Origin: Obrimoposthia wandeli
Lineage: Eukaryota
Direction of reading: 5' to 3'
NCBI GenBank assembly: GCA_977020255.1
Contig: CDROCS010000253.1
Location: forward strand, 1,488,001 to 1,552,000
DNA length: 64,000 nt
Part shown: piece by piece, positions 44,244 through 55,321 of the stretch
Layout: the number at the start of each line of letters is the position of its first letter
Position numbering within the stretch: position 1 is the stretch's first letter
Notes under the pieces: generated by a model
Told to the model about the DNA's origin: nothing
The model's input: only the letters and a program-made list of their open reading frames with translations
Database searches by the model: none
Program-made: the position numbers and the translations under genes

Positions 44244-46502
44244 ATGAATAGTAACCAATATAACGAATTAAATGAGCCTAAATCACCAGCGTTAACTGGC
44301 GAGTGTGTAAAGAAAAAACGAGCAGAATTAAAAAGCTACTTTAAAGCAACGTGGCAACGCTATGATTCATTGTTTTCATTGATCAATCATGATGAGGCCT
44401 TTTACCAAAGGCCTGAGCCATTAAGACATCCATTGATTTTTTACTTTGGGCATACAGCCTGTTTTTATGTCAATAAGCTCATTTTAGGTAAATATATCGA
44501 TGAGCGAGTTAACCCTAGAATTGAAGCTATCTGTGCTGTTGGTGTAGATGAAATGAGCTGGGACGATCTTAATAGTGCTCATTATGATTGGCCAACGGTT
44601 GATGAAGTAAGAGCATACCGACAAAAAGTTTTTAACGTTGTTGATAATATTATTGACACTATGTCGCTAGTATTGCCCCTTACACAAAATTCATTAGCGT
44701 GGATTATTTTAATGGGCTGTGAACATGAGCGCATTCACATTGAAACATCTTCTGTGATTATGCGTATGTTGCCATTAGCCTCATTAACGCCGAATGAATG
44801 TTGGCCTACTTGTCAGCAAAGCAGTAGCGCACCAAGTAATGCATTAGTATCCGTTGCAGCAACAGTTATTAACTTTGGTAAGCCGACTTCGGACGATAGC
44901 TTCGGCTGGGATAACGAATATGGTTGTGCAAGGTTGGCCTTAGATGACTTTCATGCGGCAAAATATTTAGTGTCTAATGAAGAGTTTTTGAGCTTTGTTG
45001 AGTCAGGTGGTTATCAAAAAAATCATTTATGGACTCAAGAAGGTCAGCAATGGCTGGCCTTTAGCGAAGCAACGATACCACGCTTTTGGTTGAAGCAATC
45101 GGGAGAATATTTGCAGCGAAACTTATTAAATGAAATGCCTTTGCCGCTTGATTGGCCTGTAGAGGTAAATTACCTAGAAGCAAAAGCCTTCTGTAATTGG
45201 AAGAATAGTTTACATGATCAAAGCATAAGTAATGATGGCTTAATCAATAAAGGTAATAAAGGCCATTATAGATTGCCTTCTGAAGGTGAATGGCTGTCTT
45301 TACGAGAGCAAGTAGCAGGTGACTTACCATCATGGCAGAAAGCACCAGGTAATATTAATAGTGAATACTTTGCTTCTTCTTGCCCGGTAAATATGTTCGA
45401 ACAAGGTGATTTTTACGACATTATTGGTAATGTGTGGCAATGGACAGAGTCTGCTATTGATGGTTTTAATGGTTTCTCTGTTCACCCCTTATATGATGAC
45501 TTCTCTACACCAACTTTTGATGGTAAACACAATCTCATTAAGGGCGGCTCTTGGATCTCGACAGGTAACGAGGCGATGCAAAACTCTCGTTATGCTTTTC
45601 GCCGACATTTCTTTCAGCATGCAGGTTTTAGATATGTTGTAAGTACAAATGAGAACGTACCTAACTTAGCCGATAATCACTATGAAACTGATATTTATGT
45701 TTGCCAACAACTTCATCATCATTTTGAGCAGCTGACTGCGTTGAGTGTTTCGATATCAGCAGAAGAGCAAAAAAACAGTAAGGAGCAGAGCCTAACTACA
45801 AGAGAACAACCGCTAGCGAGTCATTACTTAAAAATACTCGCCAACACTATTATTAATGCCGTTGATAAATATAACGGTACACCCCTGCCTAAATGTCTCG
45901 ACTTAGGGTGTAATGTGGGAGGTTTAAGTTTTATTTTGGCTAAGTATTGTAAGGCTATCGATGCGGTTGATTTTTCTGCCAGATATATTCAATACGGCGT
46001 AAAACTACAACAAAATGAATCGGTACGTTATGTCATGCCTCGTGAGGGGGAGTTAATTGATTTCCATGAATTTACTATGCCTGCTGAATTCAATGATGAG
46101 TCAAAAAAAATCCACTTTAGCCAAGGTGATATTAGTAATTTAAAAAACATTTTTACTGGTTATGATCTTATTGTCGCACAAAACATTTTAGAGCAAAGTT
46201 ATGACCCCGCTTTATTTTTGGAACAGGTATATCGACGTCTGAATACACAAGGTATTTTGGCTATTGTTTCAGATTATCATTTCAATGAAAAAGTCACTGA
46301 TAAAAGAAAATGGTTAGGAGGACAGAAAGTAAATGGTGAAAATGTGACCGGTTTTGAAGCATTAACAACTATGCTGTCCAAAAAATTTACCTTGGTTAAT
46401 CAACAAGAAGTAACACAGATAATTAAGACCAATAAACGTCACTTCACGGTGGCTCAATCTCACTTAACAATATGGCAATTAAACAAGGATAACTCGCATT
46501 AA
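44244..46502 (+). CDS. ovoA: 5-histidylcysteine sulfoxide synthase with C-terminal methyltransferase domain (ovothiol synthase)
   Basis: DinB_2 domain (LRHPLIFYFGHTA, GVDEMSWDD, HERIHIE = HX3HXE iron ligands); FGE-like domain (GWDNEYG, GNVWQW, GGSWISTGN, RYAFRRHFFQHAGFRY); SAM motif LDLGC. Confidence 0.92.
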   Translation: MNSNQYNELNEPKSPALTGECVKKKRAELKSYFKATWQRYDSLFSLINHDEAFYQRPEPLRHPLIFYFGHTACFYVNKLILGKYIDERVNPRIEAICAVGVDEMSWDDLNSAHYDWPTVDEVRAYRQKVFNVVDNIIDTMSLVLPLTQNSLAWIILMGCEHERIHIETSSVIMRMLPLASLTPNECWPTCQQSSSAPSNALVSVAATVINFGKPTSDDSFGWDNEYGCARLALDDFHAAKYLVSNEEFLSFVESGGYQKNHLWTQEGQQWLAFSEATIPRFWLKQSGEYLQRNLLNEMPLPLDWPVEVNYLEAKAFCNWKNSLHDQSISNDGLINKGNKGHYRLPSEGEWLSLREQVAGDLPSWQKAPGNINSEYFASSCPVNMFEQGDFYDIIGNVWQWTESAIDGFNGFSVHPLYDDFSTPTFDGKHNLIKGGSWISTGNEAMQNSRYAFRRHFFQHAGFRYVVSTNENVPNLADNHYETDIYVCQQLHHHFEQLTALSVSISAEEQKNSKEQSLTTREQPLASHYLKILANTIINAVDKYNGTPLPKCLDLGCNVGGLSFILAKYCKAIDAVDFSARYIQYGVKLQQNESVRYVMPREGELIDFHEFTMPAEFNDESKKIHFSQGDISNLKNIFTGYDLIVAQNILEQSYDPALFLEQVYRRLNTQGILAIVSDYHFNEKVTDKRKWLGGQKVNGENVTGFEALTTMLSKKFTLVNQQEVTQIIKTNKRHFTVAQSHLTIWQLNKDNSH

Positions 46503-46704
46503 TGACAAAAAAAGAGAAGACTATAGCGCTTTTTATAAATAGTAACAGTTGGTAGTAATAGATACGTTAAAAGAGTCTGTATCACCTGTTCTTACTAAGT
46601 TCCTTAGACGCCAATAGTCATTGTAAAATGTAAAGCTAATGTCGTATTAGATACTAATAACAATGCTTATGGCTTTATTGTTTTCTTTTTAGCCTAAACA
46701 GCTG

Positions 46705-46718
46705 TATAATGCGCGCCC
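46705..46718 (+). promoter_or_regulatory. Probable typA -10 element with GC-rich discriminator
   Basis: TATAAT-gcgcgccc. Confidence 0.55.
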
Positions 46719-46784
46719 AATTATAGTCCAATTCGTTTGTCTGCTTAAAGTAGCGGTCAACGACAGTAACAGCGAGTAAAGCCT

Positions 46785-48602
46785 GTGTTAGATAAATTAA
46801 GAAATGTGGCAATTATTGCTCACGTTGACCACGGAAAAACCACTTTAGTTGATAAATTATTAGAGCAGTCTGGTACCCTAGATACGCGTGGCGGTCTAGA
46901 AGAACGTACGATGGATTCGAATGATATCGAAAAAGAACGTGGTATCACAATCTTAGCTAAAAATACAGCTGTTAACTGGAATGGCTACCGTGTAAACATC
47001 GTAGATACTCCTGGCCATGCTGATTTTGGTGGTGAAGTTGAGCGTGTAATGTCAATGGTAGATTCAGTTTTACTTATTGTTGATGCACAAGAAGGCCCTA
47101 TGCCACAAACGCGTTTCGTAACGAAAAAAGCGTTTGCTCAAGGTTTAAAACCAATTCTTGTTATTAACAAAGTTGATAAGCCTGGTTCTCGTCCTGATTG
47201 GGTTATGGACCAAGTTTTTGAATTGTTTGATAACCTTGGCGCTACAGATGAACAGCTTGACTTTAAAGTTGTTTACGCTTCAGCAATCAATGGTTGGGCT
47301 TCGTTAGAAGAAGGCGTCACTGGCACTGACATGACTCCTTTATTTGATACTATTATTAAAGAGGTTCCACAACCAATCGCTGATCCAGAGGGTGCATTTC
47401 AAATGCAAATCTCTCAACTTGATTACAACTCGTACTTAGGTGTAATTGGCGTTGGTCGTATTACCCGTGGTTCTGTTAAGCCGAACCAACAAGTAACGAT
47501 ACAATTAGCAAACGGCGGCGTTCATAACGCTAAAGTAGGTAAAGTATTTGGTTATTTAGGACTAGAGCGCCTTGATATCGCTGAAGGTTTTGCCGGTGAT
47601 ATTATTGCAATTACTGGTTTAGGCGAATTAAAGATTTCTGATACGATTTGTTGTCCTACAGAAGTTGAAGGTTTACCTGCATTATCTGTTGATGAACCAA
47701 CTATCAACATGACTTTCCAAGTAAACACTTCACCATTTTGTGGTAAAGAAGGTAAGTATGTTACTTCACGTAACATCAAAGACCGTTTAGACAAAGAATT
47801 GATTCATAACGTTGCTTTACGTGTTGAACAATTAGAAGATGCTGATAAATTTAAAGTATCAGGTCGTGGTGAACTTCACTTAGGTATTTTAATTGAAAAC
47901 ATGCGTCGTGAAGGTTTTGAATTAGCGGTATCACGTCCAGAAGTTATTATTCGTGAAATTGATGGTCAGTTACAAGAACCATATGAAACAGTAACGATTG
48001 ATGTTGAAGAACAGCATCAAGGTCCTATCATGGAGAAGATGGGTGTTCGTAAAGCTGAATTAACTGATATGGCACCAGATGGTACAGGTCGTATTCGTAT
48101 GGACTTCATCATGCCTAGCCGTGGTTTGATTGGTTTCCAAACTGAATTTATGACATTAACGTCAGGCTCTGGTTTGATTTATCATACTTTCTTTGAATAC
48201 GGACCTCATAAGGGTGGCGAAATTGGCCAACGTAAAAATGGTGTAATGGTTGGTAATGCAACTGGTAAAGCACTAACTAACGCTATCTTTAACTTACAAT
48301 CTCGTGGTCGCATGTTGATCGGACACGGTGTTGATATTTATGAAGGTCAAGTTATTGGTATTCATAGTCGTGATAACGATTTAACAGTAAATGCCCTTAA
48401 AGGTAAGCAGTTAACTAACGTTCGTTCATCAGGTACTGATGAAGCACAAACATTAACGCCACCTATTGTTATGTCATTAGAGCAAGCATTAGAATTTATC
48501 GATAACGATGAATTAGTAGAAGTAACACCGCTAAGTATTCGTATACGTAAAAAATTCTTGAAAGAGAATGATCGTAAACGTGAAGGTCGTGGTATTAAAT
48601 AA
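46785..48602 (+). CDS. typA: Translational GTPase TypA/BipA
   Basis: [35 protein letters not shown] and DELVEVTP motifs. Confidence 0.98.
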   Translation: MLDKLRNVAIIAHVDHGKTTLVDKLLEQSGTLDTRGGLEERTMDSNDIEKERGITILAKNTAVNWNGYRVNIVDTPGHADFGGEVERVMSMVDSVLLIVDAQEGPMPQTRFVTKKAFAQGLKPILVINKVDKPGSRPDWVMDQVFELFDNLGATDEQLDFKVVYASAINGWASLEEGVTGTDMTPLFDTIIKEVPQPIADPEGAFQMQISQLDYNSYLGVIGVGRITRGSVKPNQQVTIQLANGGVHNAKVGKVFGYLGLERLDIAEGFAGDIIAITGLGELKISDTICCPTEVEGLPALSVDEPTINMTFQVNTSPFCGKEGKYVTSRNIKDRLDKELIHNVALRVEQLEDADKFKVSGRGELHLGILIENMRREGFELAVSRPEVIIREIDGQLQEPYETVTIDVEEQHQGPIMEKMGVRKAELTDMAPDGTGRIRMDFIMPSRGLIGFQTEFMTLTSGSGLIYHTFFEYGPHKGGEIGQRKNGVMVGNATGKALTNAIFNLQSRGRMLIGHGVDIYEGQVIGIHSRDNDLTVNALKGKQLTNVRSSGTDEAQTLTPPIVMSLEQALEFIDNDELVEVTPLSIRIRKKFLKENDRKREGRGIK

Positions 48603-48632
48603 TTACCGACTCACTTTTGTGAGTTGTAATTT

Positions 48633-48668
48633 AAAAACGCCTATTACGTAAGTAATAGGCGTTTTTTT
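48633..48668 (+). terminator. Terminator after typA
   Basis: aaaaacgcctattac-gtaa-gtaataggcgttttttt. Confidence 0.9.
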
Positions 48669-49128
48669 GTGACTGTTATTAAGTGATAAGTCTTAAGTAT
48701 AAATTAATAGCCAAGAAAACGTGCTATTGACAGCAAGTCTATCTTGTAAAACCGATAGTGCATGGCTGTCAGTGCAATCAACAAAGATGTTAATTTTTAG
48801 AGTAAATAATACCAATTCCATTAATTTATTGCTCACCTGTGCTGGTTAAAATATTCCATGTCAGCGTCGCTCTCAATCCCAATAGCCAGCTATTACTCAA
48901 TCAAGCGCCTTGCCCTGATTTATTTTCCCTATGCACAACAAGATCACAAACTTAATGGGATTGGTATAACAGTTTAATTATCGCAAACGATAAAGAAGTA
49001 TTCTGATATTCATATCTTGTTACTTCTGCTTTAAAAATAACCAAGCAAGGACGATTTTTTATAACTACGCTTATGAATATCAAGCAATAAGTAGAGCACG
49101 GATTTTTCCAAATAAAAGGAATTGCATT

Positions 49129-49317
49129 ATGTCCCCAGCACAACTAAAAGAACTTCAAGAGCTAAGTCAAATTTTTAGTCAAGGTAAAGCTAACCCAAAA
49201 CAAATTCAGCAGCTTTCAGCTTTGCTCGCACACATAAACCGTTATGATGAAGAAGATAAAGCGGCAGAAAAGGAACAAGTAAATTTTATTTCCGCGCCAC
49301 ACTTTGGTTGCTCTTAA
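49129..49317 (+). CDS. Small hypothetical protein (62 aa)
   Basis: RBS aaagga upstream; amphipathic helical composition; no family recognised. Confidence 0.55.
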   Translation: MSPAQLKELQELSQIFSQGKANPKQIQQLSALLAHINRYDEEDKAAEKEQVNFISAPHFGCS

Positions 49318-49367
49318 ATAATTACCCTACTAAAAATGGAGCAGGGCAGATTAGAGCTTTACTTTCA

Positions 49368-49592
49368 CTAACCGTTGTCTTGATAAGTTGCTGCATCTAT
49401 TATCGACCATAAATGAAATATTCCAGCAATAATTGCTGGAATGACCATCCACCAAAGCGCATAACCACCCACGCACACAATGGCAAAAATTAATGCCGTC
49501 ATTAACCTACCTTGTACTAGCTGCCCTAAGCCAGGGAAAAATATATTACATATAGCGGATATCACATTACCCGCAGAACCTTGACTTGCCAT
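49368..49592 (-). CDS. Small membrane protein (PGLGQL motif)
   Basis: Start moved to MASQG (RBS ggag); FFPGLGQLVQGR followed by hydrophobic helices. Confidence 0.7.
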   Translation of the reverse strand: MASQGSAGNVISAICNIFFPGLGQLVQGRLMTALIFAIVCVGGYALWWMVIPAIIAGIFHLWSIIDAATYQDNG

Positions 49593-49678
49593 CAGCCACT
49601 CCATTTTATTTGGTGAAAAGCAGCGCTAAGCTAGCTAATTAATGTGGCCTATCTTAATATATATGTTCAATAGAGCAA

Positions 49679-50614
49679 ATGACTAAATTGTTAACAAATA
49701 TGAGTTTATTCAAAGAAACAAGGCTAGTAAGTTTTTGGCATGAAAATAAAGGGCTACTTTTTTATTTTATCCGCCGTGTACAGCGTGAGCAGATACAGGT
49801 TGTTGCCGGTTATTTATCTTATGTTTGTTTAATGTCATTAGTGCCACTAGTCGTTGTAATGTTATCGGTAATGACCGCATTTCCTCTCTTTGCAGAGCTA
49901 CAGGATAGTATCGAGCAATTTGTTTATCAAAATTTTGTACCCGCTGCAGGAGATGTGGTGCAGGAGTATTTAACTGGTTTTGTAGAAAATGCCTCAAAAA
50001 TGTCCGCTGTGGCAATTTCCTTCTTGTTTTTGGCGGCACTATTATTGATTTCATCAATTGATAATACCTTTAATAAAATTTGGCGAGTCACGGATAAGCG
50101 CCGCACTATTACGTCATTTGCCATGTATTGGATGGTATTAACACTGGGGCCGATATTAGTTGGAGCAAGTATTGCGCTATCCTCTTATTTAGTTTCTATT
50201 GTCGCTGTTGATGAATATGACGTACTAGGCTTATCTGACATGTTTTTACGCATACTGCCACTGCTTTCTTCCATTATCGCTTTTGTCATCCTTTATATAG
50301 CAGTACCTAATAAAGCGGTACCTTTTAAATTTGCCTTATCCGGTGCTATTGTTGCAGGTGTTTTATTTGAACTTGCTAAGAAAGCTTTTGCTTTATATAT
50401 AACGGCATTTCCTTCTTATCAAGTGATCTACGGTGCACTGGCAACTATTCCTATTATATTTCTGTGGGTTTATGTCTCTTGGCTTATTGTGCTGACAGGA
50501 GCACTGATAACTGTTTCTTTACAAGAGTATCCTTTATTTAAAGATCAGGCGTTAAAAGAGCCAAAAACAAAAGACAACGATGGACTAAAAACAAACGATG
50601 AGAAAATATCATGA
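49679..50614 (+). CDS. yihY: YihY/BrkB family inner membrane protein
   Basis: [31 protein letters not shown] motifs; typA-yihY-dtd synteny. Confidence 0.9.
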   Translation: MTKLLTNMSLFKETRLVSFWHENKGLLFYFIRRVQREQIQVVAGYLSYVCLMSLVPLVVVMLSVMTAFPLFAELQDSIEQFVYQNFVPAAGDVVQEYLTGFVENASKMSAVAISFLFLAALLLISSIDNTFNKIWRVTDKRRTITSFAMYWMVLTLGPILVGASIALSSYLVSIVAVDEYDVLGLSDMFLRILPLLSSIIAFVILYIAVPNKAVPFKFALSGAIVAGVLFELAKKAFALYITAFPSYQVIYGALATIPIIFLWVYVSWLIVLTGALITVSLQEYPLFKDQALKEPKTKDNDGLKTNDEKIS

Positions 50615-51048
50615 TAGCTTTAATACAACGTGTGAGTCAGGCAAGTGTCACCGTCGATAATAAAATTATTGGGGAAATAGGGAAGGGCTTATTAGTTTTT
50701 CTTGCCATTGAACCATTAGACACTGAACAAAAAGCAAAACGATTAGCGGAACGTGTTGCCGGATATCGTGTATTTAATGATGAAAATGACAAGATGAATC
50801 TAAATGTTAAACAAGCCGATGGCAATATCTTAGTGGTATCTCAATTTACCTTAGCTGCAGATACCTCAAGTGGCATGCGGCCAAGCTTCACCTCAGCAGC
50901 AAAACCCGACTTTAGTAATCAGTTATATCAGTTCTTTGTTAACCAACTTAGGGATAAAGGTTTTGCAGTACCTACTGGGAAGTTTGCCGCAGACATGAAA
51001 GTTGCCTTAATTAATGATGGGCCAGTGACGTTTACCTTAACAATCTAA
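50611..51048 (+). CDS. dtd: D-aminoacyl-tRNA deacylase
   Basis: [18 protein letters not shown] and NDGPVT motifs. Confidence 0.97.
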   Translation: MIALIQRVSQASVTVDNKIIGEIGKGLLVFLAIEPLDTEQKAKRLAERVAGYRVFNDENDKMNLNVKQADGNILVVSQFTLAADTSSGMRPSFTSAAKPDFSNQLYQFFVNQLRDKGFAVPTGKFAADMKVALINDGPVTFTLTI

Positions 51049-51105
51049 CTCAGTAGGGCATTGTTTGTTTTTTAACTAATTAAGCTATCACTTTTAAATT
51101 AGTGG

Positions 51106-51122
51106 TGTTATAATCTCGCGCC
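51106..51122 (+). promoter_or_regulatory. spc operon promoter (extended -10)
   Basis: TG-t-TATAAT followed by ctcgcgcc discriminator. Confidence 0.6.
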
Positions 51123-51293
51123 CAGCAAGTTTGAGTTCTGATTTTAACTTCGGTTTTAAGTTTAAATTTCAAACAAGGTGGGGGTCTTTCAAAAGGCAGT
51201 GACGGGTCAATTTTTGGCCTTAAATTTTATATTATCTTATTCTTTATCTTGTATTTAGCAAGGTTTAAAAAAGATAACAATGGAGCAAAATCA

Positions 51294-51662
51294 ATGATCC
51301 AAATGCAATCACAGCTGAATGTTGCTGATAACAGTGGCGCTAAGCGTGTTCAATGTATAAAGGTTCTTGGTGGCTCGCACCGTCGCTATGCACGCATTGG
51401 TGATATCATCAAAGTTGCCGTAAAGGAAGCAAGTCCTCGCGGTAAAGTAAAAAAAGGTGATGTTCACACTGCGGTAGTGGTGCGCACTAAGAAAGGTGTT
51501 CGTCGTACAGATGGTTCTGCTATCCGTTTCGATGAAAACGCGGCTGTAATGTTAAACGCTAACTTACAACCAATTGGTACTCGTATTTTCGGGCCTGTGA
51601 CACGTGAACTTCGTAATGAGAAATTTATGAAGATCGTATCATTAGCACCAGAAGTACTATAA
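51294..51662 (+). CDS. rplN: 50S ribosomal protein L14
   Basis: [17 protein letters not shown]…SLAPEVL, 122 aa; start corrected to 51294 (RBS ggag). Confidence 0.98.
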   Translation: MIQMQSQLNVADNSGAKRVQCIKVLGGSHRRYARIGDIIKVAVKEASPRGKVKKGDVHTAVVVRTKKGVRRTDGSAIRFDENAAVMLNANLQPIGTRIFGPVTRELRNEKFMKIVSLAPEVL

Positions 51663-51674
51663 GGAGTCACGATA

Positions 51675-51989
51675 ATGGCATCTAAAATTCGTCGTGATGA
51701 TGAAGTAATTATACTTGCAGGTAAAGACAAGGGCAAAACTGGTAAAGTTACCAAAGTTCTTGTTGAAGACGGCAAAGTATTCGTAGAAGGTATTAACCTA
51801 ATCAAGAAACACACTAAGCCTGTACCTCAGTTACAGCAGCCTGGTGGGATTGTTGAGAAAGAAGCACCTTTACAAGTTTCCAACGTAGCGATCGTTAACT
51901 CAGCAACGGGTAAAGCAGATCGTGTTGGTTTTAGAATTGAAGACGGTAAAAAAGTACGTTTTTTCAAATCTAATAACGAATTAATTTAA
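51675..51989 (+). CDS. rplX: 50S ribosomal protein L24
   Basis: KOW motif [13 protein letters not shown]; spc gene order. Confidence 0.98.
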   Translation: MASKIRRDDEVIILAGKDKGKTGKVTKVLVEDGKVFVEGINLIKKHTKPVPQLQQPGGIVEKEAPLQVSNVAIVNSATGKADRVGFRIEDGKKVRFFKSNNELI

Positions 51990-52001
51990 TTGGAGTAAAC
52001 G

Positions 52002-52547
52002 ATGGCGAAACTGCATGATTTATATAAAGATACAGTTGTAGCTGAATTGCAAAAGCAATTTGGTTATAAAAGTGTCATGCAAGTCCCTCGGATTGAAAAG
52101 ATCACCCTTAACATGGGTGTTGGTGAAGCTATTTCTGATAAAAAAGTTTTAGAACACGCCACAAATGATCTTACTGCAATCTCAGGACAAAAGCCGGTCA
52201 CGACAGTAGCACGCAAATCAGTTGCGGGCTTCAAAATTCGTGAAGGCTACCCTATTGGTACGAAAGTAACTCTACGCGGCGAACGTATGTGGGAATTTTT
52301 AGAGCGTTTAATCTCTATTTCTATTCCTCGTATCCGTGATTTCCGTGGCTTAAACCCTAAGTCATTCGATGGTCGTGGTAACTACAGCATGGGCGTTCGT
52401 GAGCAAATCATCTTTCCTGAAATCGAATACGATAAAATCGATAAGATTCGCGGATTAGATATCACTATTACTACTAGCGCGAAAGATAACGAAGAAGGAC
52501 TTGCTTTATTGTCTGCCTTTGAATTCCCGTTCAAGAAGAAGGTGTAG
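52002..52547 (+). CDS. rplE: 50S ribosomal protein L5
   Basis: [23 protein letters not shown] motifs. Confidence 0.98.
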   Translation: MAKLHDLYKDTVVAELQKQFGYKSVMQVPRIEKITLNMGVGEAISDKKVLEHATNDLTAISGQKPVTTVARKSVAGFKIREGYPIGTKVTLRGERMWEFLERLISISIPRIRDFRGLNPKSFDGRGNYSMGVREQIIFPEIEYDKIDKIRGLDITITTSAKDNEEGLALLSAFEFPFKKKV

Positions 52548-52551
52548 AGTT

Positions 52552-52857
52552 ATGGCTAAAACGTCAATGAAAGCTCGTGAAGCTAAAAGAACCAAGTTAG
52601 TAGCACAATATGCTGAAAAGCGTGCTGCGTTAAAAGCAATCATCTCAGGCACTGATTCTTCGGATGAAGAACGCTGGGATGCTGTATTGAAACTTCAAAG
52701 TTTACCTCGTGATTCGAGCAGTAGTCGTCAACGTAACCGTTGTAGTATTACTGGCCGTCCACATGGTTTCTTACGTAAATTCGGTTTAAGCCGTATTAAA
52801 TTACGTGAAACCATGATGCGCGGTGAAGTTCCAGGTCTTAAGAAAGCTAGTTGGTAA
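52552..52857 (+). CDS. rpsN: 30S ribosomal protein S14 (101 aa form)
   Basis: [13 protein letters not shown]…GLKKASW; start corrected to 52552. Confidence 0.98.
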   Translation: MAKTSMKAREAKRTKLVAQYAEKRAALKAIISGTDSSDEERWDAVLKLQSLPRDSSSSRQRNRCSITGRPHGFLRKFGLSRIKLRETMMRGEVPGLKKASW

Positions 52858-52876
52858 TTCACGGGAGTAAATGGTT

Positions 52877-53266
52877 ATGATGACTGATCCTATCGCGGAC
52901 ATGTTTACACGCATCCGCAACGGTCAATCTGCAGCAAAAGTTGCAGTACAAATGCCATCTTCTAAAGTTAAAGTTGCGATTGCAACTTTGCTTAAAGAAG
53001 AAGGTTATATTTCAGAGTTTTCAGTATCAGGTGAAGTAAAACCTGAACTAGCTGTAACGTTGAAGTATTTTGAAGGTAAAGAAGTAATTGAAAAGATCAA
53101 ACGTGTTTCACGTCCTGGTCTTCGTATATACAAAAGCTGTGATGAACTTCCTAAAGTTCTTGCAGGTATGGGTATTGCGATCATTTCAACTTCTAAAGGT
53201 TTGATGACGGATCGTGCCGCTCGCTCTGCGGGTATTGGCGGTGAAGTTCTTGGTTTCGTAGAGTAA
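52877..53266 (+). CDS. rpsH: 30S ribosomal protein S8
   Basis: [28 protein letters not shown]; start 52877 chosen from RBS spacing (52871 also possible). Confidence 0.97.
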   Translation: MMTDPIADMFTRIRNGQSAAKVAVQMPSSKVKVAIATLLKEEGYISEFSVSGEVKPELAVTLKYFEGKEVIEKIKRVSRPGLRIYKSCDELPKVLAGMGIAIISTSKGLMTDRAARSAGIGGEVLGFVE

Positions 53267-53276
53267 GGAGAATAAT

Positions 53277-53810
53277 ATGTCTCGTGTTGCAAAAGCACCT
53301 GTCGTTGTTCCTGCTGGCGTTACCATTACGTTATCAGGTCAAGACATTACAGTTAAAGGTCCAGTAGGCGAATTATCTCGCACGATCCACAGTGACGTTG
53401 TTGTTTCTCAAGAAGAAAACAACATCATTACTAATATCGTTGCTGATGTTAAAGGCGCTTGGGCTCAAGCCGGTACTACACGTGCTTTAATCAATAATAT
53501 GGTTGAAGGTGTTAGTAAAGGTTTTGAAAAGAAATTAGTTTTACAAGGTGTTGGTTACCGTGCCAAAGCTGCTGGTAAGTCTTTAGATTTATCTTTAGGT
53601 TTTTCACACCCAATTAAACATGCGATTCCTGAAGGAATTACTTGTGAAACTCCTAGCCAAACTGAAATTACACTGAAAGGTTGTGATAAGCATTTAGTTG
53701 GTCAAACCGCTGCGAACATTCGCGCATACCGTAAACCTGAGCCTTATAAAGGTAAAGGTGTTCGTTATGTTGATGAATACGTTCGTCGTAAAGAAGCTAA
53801 GAAGAAGTAG
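53277..53810 (+). CDS. rplF: 50S ribosomal protein L6
   Basis: [20 protein letters not shown]. Confidence 0.98.
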   Translation: MSRVAKAPVVVPAGVTITLSGQDITVKGPVGELSRTIHSDVVVSQEENNIITNIVADVKGAWAQAGTTRALINNMVEGVSKGFEKKLVLQGVGYRAKAAGKSLDLSLGFSHPIKHAIPEGITCETPSQTEITLKGCDKHLVGQTAANIRAYRKPEPYKGKGVRYVDEYVRRKEAKKK

Positions 53811-53819
53811 GGTAATACT

Positions 53820-54173
53820 ATGGATAAGAGAACATCTCGTTTGCGCCGCGCTAAACGCGCTCGTGCAAAAATTAGCGAGTTGGGTGCGAATCGTTTAGTT
53901 GTATTCCGTACTCCTCGTCACATTTACGCTCAATTGATCGCTCCTACTGGATCTGAAGTAATTGCATCTGCATCTACTTTAGACAAAGAGCTTAGTGCTG
54001 AGATTGAAAAAACAGGTAATGTTGCAGCAGCAACTGCAGTAGGTAAAGCAATCGCTGAACGTGCTGTAGCAAAAGGTATCACTAAGATAGCTTTTGATCG
54101 CTCTGGTTTCCTTTACCATGGTCGCGTAAAAGCGTTAGCAGAAGCAGCTCGTGAAGCTGGTCTTCAATTCTAG
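53820..54173 (+). CDS. rplR: 50S ribosomal protein L18
   Basis: [27 protein letters not shown]. Confidence 0.98.
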   Translation: MDKRTSRLRRAKRARAKISELGANRLVVFRTPRHIYAQLIAPTGSEVIASASTLDKELSAEIEKTGNVAAATAVGKAIAERAVAKGITKIAFDRSGFLYHGRVKALAEAAREAGLQF

Positions 54174-54182
54174 GGGTTGATA

Positions 54183-54692
54183 ATGGCTAATCATAATCAA
54201 GAAAACTCACAGCAAAGTGATATGGCTGAAAAGCTAATTGCCGTTAACCGCGTTTCAAAAGTGGTTAAAGGTGGTCGCATATTCAGTTTTACTGCACTAA
54301 CAGTAGTTGGTGACGGTAATGGTCGCGTTGGTTTTGGTTACGGTAAAGCACGTGAAGTGCCTGCTGCAATCCAAAAAGCAATGGAAAAAGCGCACCGTAA
54401 CATAGTAACGATTGACTTGAAGGGTACTACTCTTCAACATGTTATTACTGGCAAACATTCTGGTTCTAAAGTCTTCATGAAACCAGCTTCTGAAGGTACA
54501 GGTATCATCGCCGGTGGCGCGATGCGTGCAGTACTTGAAGTTGCAGGCGTTCAGAACGTATTGTCAAAAGCATACGGTTCTACTAACCCAATCAACGTAG
54601 TTCGCGCTACTGTTTCTGCCCTAGTGAATATGCATTCACCAGAAGGCATGGCAGCTAAACGTGGCAAACGCGTTGACGAAATTTTGGGGTAA
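54183..54692 (+). CDS. rpsE: 30S ribosomal protein S5
   Basis: [20 protein letters not shown]; start corrected to ATG 54183. Confidence 0.98.
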
Positions 54693-54698
54693 TTGAGA

Positions 54699-54878
54699 AT
54701 GTCTAAAACAGTTAAAGTAACTCAACTAAAAAGTTCTATTGGTCGTTTACCGAAGCATAGAGCTACATTAAAAGGCCTTGGTCTACGTCGTATCAATCAT
54801 ACAGTTGAGTTAGAAGACACTCCATCTGTACGTGGTATGATTAACAAGGTTTACTATATGGTTAAGGTGGAGGATTAA
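54699..54878 (+). CDS. rpmD: 50S ribosomal protein L30
   Basis: [21 protein letters not shown]; start at ATG 54699. Confidence 0.97.
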   Translation: MSKTVKVTQLKSSIGRLPKHRATLKGLGLRRINHTVELEDTPSVRGMINKVYYMVKVED

Positions 54879-54880
54879 TT

Positions 54881-55315
54881 ATGCATTTAAATACTTTATC
54901 CCCTGCACCGGGATCTCACAAAGCTAGAAAACGCTGTGGTCGTGGTATTGGTTCAGGCATCGGTAAAACTGGTGGTCGTGGTCATAAAGGTCAGAAATCT
55001 CGTTCTGGCGGTAGTGTACGTCCAGGTTTTGAAGGTGGTCAAATGCCATTGAAACAACGTTTACCTAAATTTGGTTTTACTTCACGTAAATCTTTAGTTC
55101 GCGCTGAAGTTCGTTTACACGAATTAAACCTTATCACTGGTGATGTTGTTGATATTCATGCACTTAAAGACGCTGGCCTTATTACACGTAATATCGTAGC
55201 TGTTAAAGTTATGTTATCTGGCGAAATTACTCGTCCAATTACATTACGTGGTATTGCAGTAACTAAAGGCGCACAAGCAGCTATTGAAGCTGCTGGTGGC
55301 AAAATAGAGGAATAA
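54881..55315 (+). CDS. rplO: 50S ribosomal protein L15
   Basis: [30 protein letters not shown]. Confidence 0.98.
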   Translation: MHLNTLSPAPGSHKARKRCGRGIGSGIGKTGGRGHKGQKSRSGGSVRPGFEGGQMPLKQRLPKFGFTSRKSLVRAEVRLHELNLITGDVVDIHALKDAGLITRNIVAVKVMLSGEITRPITLRGIAVTKGAQAAIEAAGGKIEE

Positions 55316-55321
55316 TACACA

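Noticed and set aside
44244-46502. Selenium pathway (selenoneine/ovoselenol) or ergothioneine EgtB assignment
   Set aside because: No senB/senC-like genes or egtD in the window; motifs and the fused C-terminal methyltransferase match OvoA architecture.
51249-54698. Extended starts in the ORF track for rplN, rpsN, rpsE and rpmD, and antisense/overlapping ORFs across the spc-alpha region
   Set aside because: Homology and RBS position support shorter canonical starts; the overlapping ORFs are shadow frames of highly conserved genes.
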